From Malacoraja senta (Eukaryota), in the NCBI GenBank assembly GCA_038087875.1, contig JAXLNO010002298.1, forward strand, positions 1 to 64,000: a stretch of DNA of 64,000 nt. The letters run 5' to 3'. The position numbers were made by a program, and so were the translations under genes. Of the stretch, positions 25,947 to 34,518 are shown in pieces. The notes under the pieces were generated by a model. It was not told where the DNA came from. It saw nothing but the letters and a program-made list of their open reading frames with translations, and made no database searches. The stretch's first letter is position 1. Every line of letters begins with the position of its first letter.

Positions 25947-26507
25947 GTAATAGAGTCATAGTGTCACACAGCACTGAAACAGGCACTTTGGCCCAATTCA
26001 TCCATACTGACCAACTACCCATCTAAACATCCAATGTGCCCTCATTTGGCCCATATACCAACCGTTTTTCCATATACCTGTTTAAATGCCATTAAATACT
26101 GTACCTGCATCAAACACTTCCTCTCCTCGATCTTTCCATAAAGTATGTTAATGTACCACACTTTTTGTCAAAAAAATGCCCCTAATATTAAGGGGTATAT
26201 CAAATCTGCCCCACTCACCTTAATCATGTACTATCTAGTTTTTCATTCCACAGCCCTGGAAAAAAGACCATGTGCGTTTACTATAGATATGCCTCTCATG
26301 ATTCACCCCAATATGATCACCCCTCAGTAAAAGACATCCAAGGAAAATAATCAGTCTGAAGAAGGGTCTCGACCTGAAACATCACCTATCTATGTTTTCT
26401 AAAGTTGCTGCTTGATCTACTGAATTGCTGCTGCACTTTATGTCCTTTTATATATTAACCAGCATCTGCAGTTCTGCGTTTCTACTGTACTAAAAACATC
26501 CCTACCT

Positions 26508-26625
26508 GGAAGTGTTGATGTGGGAGACGAGGGGGCGAGGGGGACAGGTGGTCACTACCAGGAAGTGTTGATGTGGGAGACGAGGGGGCGAGGGGGACAG
26601 GTGGTCATTACCAGGAAGTGTTGAT
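26508..26625. repeat. 53-bp VNTR, ~2.2 copies (left arm)
   Basis: GGAAGTGTTGATGTGGGAGACGAGGGGGCGAGGGGGACAGGTGGTCACTACCA at 26508 and 26561. Confidence 0.9.
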
Positions 26626-26748
26626 GCCATCACTGAGCACGGCAGCTCAACATTCAGCCGACTGTCTGTCTGCAGGAAAAAGACAATTCTGCCGACAGTA
26701 GTTCAGAAAGCTGTTGGTGAACTGAACCACATGTGTCTGTTTCCAGAG

Positions 26749-27021
26749 TTGAGGCAGACTCACCGAGGCCAGTGATGGGCAGTGACATCACCCTCAGCTG
26801 TACCATCTCCAGACTCCCAGATACCATCAGTCTTCACTGGAAACCAAGAGGCTCATCTCAGCAGAACAGGAGGAACAACACTGATCAGATGCGTCTGAAT
26901 AACGCCGTCTATCTGATGATCCAACACATTGGAGCAGGAAATCCCAATCTGTACACATGGGAAGTGCAGGAAAATGGCTCCATTGTTCTCACTGGAGACA
27001 CCAATGTTGAAGTGGCTCAGG
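26749..27021 (+). CDS. Ig exon C2c (F-strand Cys replaced by Trp, LYTW); frame open but acceptor mutated
   Basis: 273 nt, donor CAGG|GTGAGT; acceptor TTTCCAGAG versus TTTCCACAG in the right arm, creating a CAG 2 nt upstream. Confidence 0.8.
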
Positions 27022-27709
27022 GTGAGTCCAAAGCTGCCTTGCAGCAGGTATTAAATAGTTCTTGATATCAAACTGTTCCACATGTTGTATAGTGAGCACT
27101 GACTCCACCCGTGGGCTTCCACACTGCAGGATGTGGACATTGCCTTTACCCTGGGACATGGTGTAAATATAAAATGGTGGCACTAAGATTGATGGAGCAA
27201 CACAGGAGAACCAAGAGATTCATTTCATAAATCAAAGGGGATAAAATACATCAATGGTGAGAAGCAAATGGTATCCATCTGGAACGGAGCTGAGAAATAT
27301 GAACTAACTAAAACTACAGGTGCAAGATTGGCTGAGGCATGTTCAATTCCACAGGTCAATTAATTACTCTGAAGAATAAACTGCCCAATAACACTTGACA
27401 GCCCCAGTGAAATGGAGGTGCTACATGAGTGATCATTGAGTGTTGATCTATTGTGGCAGACTTTACCTCAAGTCCAACAGAATCACTTTGCTGGGGGGGG
27501 GTGTGTGTCTGGGGAAGATGGACTTTGTTGAACAAAGGGCACTTGGACCAGCAGCCGGCGTAGTCCAGCTCCCAGCCGACTCCCCTCTTCCAGTGCGGCC
27601 CTCCCAGCTGACATTACAGAGCCGAGGGTTTGTCCCTGTGGAAACTCACAACATTGTATCTCGGCGTGTGTGGAAATCTAATTCTTTGTTCCCTGTCCCT
27701 CTCTTGCAG

Positions 27710-28048
27710 GTTTACATAACAAAACGTACACAGTTTATCGCTCAGTCACAGATCACAGTGAACTCGACCTGATTTGTGAAGCTTCCCCTGAGCTCAGTGA
27801 AACCAAATGGACTTGGAGATCACAACGTTTCCAGAATCAAGAGAAGGAAATAGCTTCTTCTCACAGGTCTGAGCCGATACATGTCGACAGGAGCTACTTT
27901 GGGAATCGACTGGAAACCACAGAGGGAAATGTGAATGGCAAGAATTTCCGTGTGAGGATTGTCCCCGTGCAGTTTGCAGATGCCGGAGTTTACACATGTT
28001 CCACGGGATCAAATATATATGTGACCATTGATCTAATCACAGTTACAG
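27710..28048 (+). CDS. Ig exon V3 (V-type), intact; missed by the ORF track
   Basis: CTCTTGCAG| ... ACAG|GTAGGA, 339 nt; LDLIC..KWTW..NRLE..NFRVRI..DAGVYTC. Confidence 0.92.
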
Positions 28049-28419
28049 GTAGGAGACTGGATGCTGCCAGCTTTTTAGATTCCTTGTAGTAGAGCACCTA
28101 CTTTGAATGCAAGCGGCAATTTCTGTGCAAATTTCTCCAAATATTCCCTTCTTTTAAAGAACTGATTTTGCTCCAGAATTCCAGATATTTATTTGTGTTT
28201 TACTCAACACAAAATCAATCATGAAACAGTGTATCAGGTAGCGTATGGCATTGAAGCATTTTTCTTTTCATATTTAAGGGCGATGATGTGGAATTGATTC
28301 ACCCGCTGGAAATGGGTCCATCATAGAAAAAAATAATCCCCAATGAAGGTCCAATGAGAGTATATTCAGGATCCTGTATCATGTGTCATTCACAGGAGAC
28401 TCTGTGTGGCATCCTGCCA

Positions 28420-28750
28420 TTGGAATGTGTCAGTGTGGGGAAGGGTTTGACCCCAGCACAGTGGAATGTGTCAGTGTGGGGAAGGGTTTGACTCCAGCAC
28501 AGTGGAATGTGTCAGTGTGGGGAAGGGACAGTGGACTGGGGCAGTGTGGGAAAAGGGTTGACTCCAACACAGTGGATTGGGGCAGTGTGGGGAAGGGGTT
28601 GACTCCAACACAGTGGACTGGGGCAGTGTGGGGAAGGGGTTGATTCCAACACAGTGGACTGGGGCAGTGTGGGGAAGGGGTTGACTCCAACACAGTGGAC
28701 TGGGGCAGTGTGGGGAAGGGGTTGACTCCAAAACAGTGGACTGAGGCAGT
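28420..28750. repeat. ~41-bp VNTR, short allele (left arm)
   Basis: CAGTGGACTGGGGCAGTGTGGGGAAGGGGTTGACTCCAACA units. Confidence 0.9.
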
Positions 28751-29128
28751 GCTGTGACCAGCAGCTGCTTGTTGTGCAGTGTTTTGAGTTGGTTTCATTG
28801 ATTGTGGAAACTCAAGTTGCACAATATAAATGTAACCAATTACATTATTAAGTCTTTTCATTCACCTTCAAGGACTCAGCATTGACCCTCCATAGAAAAC
28901 CATTCCCACAGATTGGTCTTTTTACTGGAGATCACCCCTTCATCATTTGTCTGGTGTCTGTGGTCTCTTTTCTATTGCTGTTCACCGCAGCATACAATAA
29001 AACAGTTTCTAAACAATACGAGTTGTCCTTTAGGTCGGTCGTGGGGATATCAGGGCATTGATAAAGAAATCAATAGAGTAGAAACTCTGGCTGCTGTTCA
29101 AAATCACAATGATGTTCTTGTTACACAG

Positions 29129-29373
29129 TCAAAGCCGAACCATCTGATGCAGTGATTGAGGAAAACAAAGTTACCCTGATCTGCTCTGTGTCTCACGTCA
29201 CTGAGTCAATGAGACTGGTTTGGAACAGCAGTGATGGCAAAATTATGGGAGAGACATTTTTGAAGGATTCAAGAGAGGAAGTGTGGTCTTTGCAGCTGAT
29301 TATTCCAAAAGCTGGGACAGTGAGAAGGAAATGGACATGTGGATTGTTTCATCAAAACAGCCTCAAGCTGAGC
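29129..29373 (+). CDS. Ig exon C2d (WTC-type C2); last codons and splice donor removed by a 39-bp deletion
   Basis: TTACACAG| acceptor, RRKWTCGLF; the right arm has 39 extra nt that include AACG|GTAAGT. Confidence 0.85.
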
Positions 29374-29768
29374 TTGTGTTACATCACAACATGTTCTGCT
29401 CAGTTGCTGCTCTCTCTTTTGTATAATGGCCTCACGCCCAATGACTCAGCATTGATCTTCCAAGGAAAATCCTTACCACAGATTGATCTTTTTACCAGAG
29501 TTCACCCCCTAATCATTCGTATAGTGTCTATAGTCTCTCTTCTATTGCTGGTCACTTAGGAAAGGTATAAAGATAGAGATGCTGAACAACAGATTCTAAT
29601 GAAAATTGCTCCAGTCAACTGACAGCAGTGGCTGCTACAACAATGTGTAAAAAAGATCACACATGTATCTTAGGTACACATCAATTATCTTTCAAATGTT
29701 AAAGAGAAATCAGTTCATAACCATAACTACATGCATATGTTGCATGTCAATTGAACTATTAAGAATAA

Positions 29769-30101
29769 CTAGACCAAGAGCAGACCCGTTGGGTTGGGAC
29801 CCTGAACGTGCTTCAGACCCTGGGGTCTGGTTCCCGAACGTGCGGCAGCAGCCGTTATGGTGGCTTTCTAGCAGGAGGCGACAAAATGAGTGTGGGGGGG
29901 GGGGGTTATTTTAAAACGTGTACATAAAAATGTCTAAATCTAATGTGTTAGGGTATGTAAAAGTGTAATGTCTAGCGAAATGGAAAAAATCGCGGAATTT
30001 TCACGTGTGGTTTTGGCGGAGCAAGGAATCAAAGGCCAAATGTGACACCCACAAATAAATAAACACATCCACACACACACAGAGATTTAATAGTATATAG
30101 A
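29769..30101 (-). mobile_element. Complete 333-bp non-autonomous Helitron, left arm only
   Basis: Minus strand: 5' TCTATATAC..., 3' hairpin (ACCCAACGGGT) then CTAG; inserted between A and T with no TSD; empty site present in the right arm near 57536. Confidence 0.9.
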
Positions 30102-31270
30102 TTACAGAATTAACTATTGTTAATGGATGCGTATACACAATCGTTTACTTTATACGGTGATTAGATTTATGTTTATTGTTCTCTTGAGTACAATCTCTAC
30201 ATGTGAATCTAAACTTTTCCACTGCATACAATTCCAGGTTTGATGATTTCAGTGAACATTTCTACAATAGGTTTCGCATCTGATTAATCTCACATTCGGT
30301 AACATAGTTGTACCTTGACTGTAGTAAATACTTGACATTTCAGGCATTTCCAAACAAAATTCTAACTGCAGATTTCACAAGGACAAATAACAACCTTCAA
30401 CTACTACTGGAGTAATAATTAGACTTTTTTCCCAGTATAATCCTAAATAAAACAATTTCTGATTTTAAGTCTCCCATATTTCTATCAATGCCCAATGCTA
30501 CAGATCAAAGTGTAATTACACTGGAGCCTGTCGATTGATGGCATAATGTTATATCAGTGAATAAAGCAAAATCAAATATAAAGCATTTTGTGTTTACATG
30601 TTACAGAAACACAGATCTTTCAAACCCATACATGAGAGTAAAATTGAAGCAAGATTGCACCTTTGTAAAATGGACATTTCTTTAAATAAACCCAAGTGAG
30701 TGAGCCATGCCTCTCACACCTCACTGGGTAATGGATAGAACAGGTTTGTAGGGATATGGACCAAGCTTGGGGGAGGTAGGTAACTGGGACATGTAAGTTG
30801 GGCCGAAAGATTTGTTTCCACGCTGCATCACTCTATGACTCTCTGACTCTATTAGTTTCTCAGGCAATACGGCCCAGAGTAGGAATTCAGATCCTGCAGA
30901 GTCTCAGCTGTGAATCTGTATCCACGCCCTCTTGTGTAGACACATTGGTGAACACCTGGTTGACATCAGTTTAGATAATCGATCAACCTATTTTGTGTAT
31001 ATTTAGACCCAAAAATATTCACAATGTTCCAAAGGTAATGACGCAGAAAATATCAAACAGAAGTCCTCAGATGTTATGGACGCGAAATAAAAGGTACCCT
31101 GGACTTAGACGTGGCACAAATATTTCTCACTGTGTCCCAGTATTTAATTCAGAATGTTTATGATGTCACATCACAGACTGGAGTATTTAATTATGAAACA
31201 CGGTGGAGAAAGAAAATGAAAATGTCAATTTTGTCCTTCACAGGATCATTAGACATTTTGTCCTTCACAG

Positions 31271-31359
31271 ACATTAGGATCATCATAGTTCTGGGCTACT
31301 TGTCGATTAAACTGGCCGTTGCTCTTGAACTAATTTGCTGCGCTTTGTGGATGAACAGG
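31271..31359 (+). CDS. Transmembrane exon: (D)IRIIIVLGYLSIKLAVALELICCALWMNR
   Basis: TTTTGTCCTTCACAG| ... AACAGG|GTGAGA, phase 1/0; hydrophobic helix with Lys (31309-31311); second in-frame acceptor at 31244. Confidence 0.85.
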
Positions 31360-31478
31360 GTGAGAATTTCATGAGCTTTTCAATATATCAGAAACCAATG
31401 GCGGGGTGTCTCTGACATTGAGAAAATGGATGTTCATATTAGAGTGATGACAATCTGTATTTTAGTGTTTTTGCATAG

Positions 31479-31498
31479 AACAGTGCAGCACAGAAATC
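31479..31498 (+). CDS. Candidate 20-nt cytoplasmic micro-exon (NSAAQKS)
   Basis: GTGTTTTTGCATAG| ... TC|GTGTGT; phase 0/2 bridges the TM exon to the next candidate exon; identical in the right arm (55150-55169). Confidence 0.4.
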
Positions 31499-31522
31499 GT
31501 GTGTGGACGTGGCATCGAAGGA

Positions 31523-31966
31523 CGAGAAGCTGAAGCAAAGAAGTCGAAGCCAAATAGCCGAATGGAAACGAAGCCGAAACGCCAACGAACCGAAAGGGCG
31601 TGACGCCGAAACGCCAACAACCCGAAAGGCTGCGTCGCCTACAAGCCAACTAACCGAATGGCCGCTCTGCCGAAAAGCCAAATAATGGCTTGTGTGGGAA
31701 AATGCCCCCCACCCTCCCGTCTCCACCGGCCAGTGATGTGATGGACGAGTTGGTCTGGAACAATCGCTGACAAGTCCCGCCCCCCCGGCGACGTCATGTC
31801 CGTTATTTGACTTTTCGGCAGAGCGGCCATTCGGTTAGTTGGCTTGTAGGTGACGCAGCCTTTCGGTTTCTTGGCTTTTAGGCGTCCCGCCCTTTCGGTT
31901 CATTTGCCGTTTCGGCTTCGTATGCTTTCGGTTATTTGGCTTCGAATTCTTTGCTTCGGCTTCTCG
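31523..31966. mobile_element. Fold-back (MITE-like) element with ~160-bp internally repetitive TIRs
   Basis: CGAGAAGCTGAAGCAAAGAAGTCGAAGCCAAATAGCCGAA... mirrored by ...TTCGGTTATTTGGCTTCGAATTCTTTGCTTCGGCTTCTCG; CCGAA motifs about every 10 bp. Confidence 0.75.
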
Positions 31967-32056
31967 AACGGAGACTTTGGAAATAGATTTGTGGGTTTAT
32001 TGTGCATTTGCTTTGTGCTTGTTTGGTTTGTTGCCGGTGTTGTTTCTATCCCACAG

Positions 32057-32120
32057 TGAACATGTCAACAGTCCCAGTCTCAGTGCTGGTTATTACACTT
32101 CACAAAGACCATCTCCTCAG
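32057..32120 (+). CDS. Candidate 64-nt cytoplasmic exon (EHVNSPSLSAGYYTSQRPSPQ)
   Basis: TTTCTATCCCACAG| ... TCAG|GTCAGT; open in phase 2/0; conserved in the right arm (54529-54592). Read in phase 0 it begins with TGA. Confidence 0.45.
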
Positions 32121-32230
32121 GTCAGTGTGATATTTCTATGAGGGCAACTATTGCTGACTTTGGGGTGAATTCCTGATCTCCACTTGTGTCCAGTGAGGCT
32201 CTACACTTTGACACATTTTTATCGCTGCAG

Positions 32231-32281
32231 GGACTGGTGGTGACCCAGCTGTGTGTGGAGCTTGATGGAATGTGGATTTGA
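32231..32281 (+). CDS. Candidate terminal coding exon (GLVVTQLCVELDGMWI*)
   Basis: TTTTTATCGCTGCAG| acceptor; frame depends on the two preceding candidate exons; right-arm copy at 54368-54418. Confidence 0.35.
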   Translation, partial: GLVVTQLCVELDGMWI

Positions 32282-32994
32282 GACTGTGGGTCATCAGTGA
32301 GTGATCTCGGCTGGACTCACTCTGCCAAAGTGTTGAATTAAGCCGAGCTGTTCAAATGGGAAGGAATGACACGGGGCTCAGTGATCATGGGGTCACCACT
32401 GATTCTGTTGACATAGTGGGAGTGGAACCCTAGTAGAAGGCAGTCTCCACACACTAACCCATGGAACTGCTTTCAGCAGAGTGCCAACAGTCTGCATTGG
32501 AAACTCAGCAATATAATTACTGTCAGTTGTGTCCTTCCTCCCAGCTAAACTCTGCATTCACTCACCACAACACTGAGGTCAATCCATCAATGATCCAATG
32601 AAGCATTTCTTCAGCAAATAACCAACTCACTTACCTGACTTCAATCTTTGTCTCATTGATCCAACTGCTGACATCATCTGGTGAATGACCCACTCACGCT
32701 TTCTGAGTGCTGTGACATTGTCGTCTCTCCTAACTGTCATAAGTCTGTCTTGTGCGCAGACCCCATCCCGACTGCAATAACAGACTGACTGCAGTCCCTC
32801 TGACTGCAGTAACTTTGTGCTGGAACCAACACAAATTTAAGGTAAAATCCTGCTGTGGTAACCAATAGAAACTGCAGAACCCCCTTTGATCTGGCACTGT
32901 TTTCCCACTCTCCCTCCCATGTGAACTTGGGCAAACATCATTTTGGCTCTCTCCCTGGAGTGCCTGTGCCGGCCAATAGATTTAATATTCACTA

Positions 32995-33240
32995 GACTTG
33001 TGGACTCACAGTTGACTCAGTCATGCCTTGTGAACTCCCAGTCCATTCAGTCATGGGTTGTGGACTCACAATTCACTCATTCATGGCTTGTGGACTCACA
33101 GTTCACTCAGCCACGACTTGTGGACTCAAAGTTCACTCAGCCATGGCTTGTGGACTCACAGTTCACTCAGCCACAGCTTGCGGACTCACAGTTCTCTCAC
33201 TCACGGCTTGCGGACTCACTATTCACTCACTCACGGCTTC
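32995..33240. repeat. 30-bp minisatellite, ~8 copies
   Basis: GGACTCACAGTTCACTCAGCCATGGCTTGT units; mirrored at ~53410-53655. Confidence 0.9.
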
Positions 33241-33729
33241 TTGCTATTAAACAAATCCAATTCCATTTATTGTGTAAACAAACCTTCTGCATGTCAGTAT
33301 TTCCCAAAGCAATTCAGGCCACTGTCCCACATCTATATTACTAAAACTAAGATCTTGACCACTTTCTGACTTTCTGTTTCGTGATTTCTGAAAGAACGCC
33401 ACTACTTACGGCCGTGATTTCTGGCCCCCTAGCTCAGAGCCCCCCCGCTGAGCTGGACCAAAGGATTTTTCCCATCGATGAAAAATCAGAGAGTTATTAA
33501 TGTTTTAAAAAATGTCACCATTCTCTCTGCTGCCCCCGCTGGTGGCAGGGGGGTGGACTATAAAACCCGGAAGTGCCGTGCCTCACTCAGTCTCTGCGAG
33601 ATGGAGGAAGCTTGCAAAATTGTTTGTCTTGTCTTTTAAAAATATGTTTTCAGAAAATGTTTTGGTTGTAAAGTGTTTCCGGTATATGTTGTTAATACAT
33701 GAAACGCGTACTTTCCTACCTGTTAAAAA

Positions 33730-33875
33730 CCGCCAAAGTGGTGATTTTTTGCGCTGTAAAAATTGTGGAAGTCGGGATAACCGTGAGAGACATCTATCCT
33801 ACTTCGGAATTCCAAAAGTGAAGAGAAATGAAGGTAAAGAGTAGCGAGAGCTGAATGGACAACAACAGCTAAAAT
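33730..33875 (+). pseudogene. Partial, frameshifted THAP-domain fragment
   Basis: FCAVK.. / CKNCGSRDNRERHLSYFGIPKVKRNEGKE; inverted paralogue of 34295-34518. Confidence 0.5.
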
Positions 33876-34294
33876 TGAAAACGCTGCTGAAGCTAAATCT
33901 ATCATTAAAAAAAATCTGCAGACTTACGAGTGGTGTGTGGAAAAGTAAGTGTTCTACTGTATCATTATGCTATTGAGATGTATGTATTTGGCAAATAATA
34001 AAATGTCCGGACAGCTTAAACACCCACTCCCTTTCAATAGGATATTGTCAATTTGCTGAGGTTGATTATGTCCAATGAACAGCTAACAATTATGCCATTG
34101 CATCTGAGTAAAATGTAATTCCAAACCGACGTATGGTTTGCGATTTTTTTAATGATAAATTTGGCTTCAGAGGCGTTTTTTTAATGTAAAAACCCACTTG
34201 AGAACCATGGGCGATTTTAAAATTGTATACCAGATTTATCACTTCTGAAACTTTTTAGATGCCAAAGGAATCAACAAAAAACACAAACAATGCC

Positions 34295-34518
34295 TTACTG
34301 GTGATGAAATGCAGTGAGCAAACGCGATAGTTCCCAATATTTTCAATCTCGATATCTGCACGGCCAATGTTCACCAAGCACTTTAGCTGTTGTTGTCCCT
34401 TCAGCTCTCGCTTCTCTTTACCTTCATTTCTCCTCACTTTTGGAAATCTGAAGTAGGATAAATGTCTCTCACGCTTACCCTGATTTCCATAATTATTTAC
34501 AGCGCAGAAATTGACCAT
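34295..34518 (-). pseudogene. Degenerate THAP zinc-finger domain (transposon-derived)
   Basis: MVNFCAVNNYGN..SYFRFPK...RADIE..YRVCSLHF matches the C-x2-4-C...FxFP...C-x2-H-F layout; second Cys and the conserved Trp are lost. Confidence 0.7.

Noticed and set aside
13359-32281. Assigning the symbol CD4 or LAG3
   Set aside because: Domain number and order, charged TM and absence of Lck-binding or LAG-3 tail motifs do not fit; orthology needs a phylogeny.
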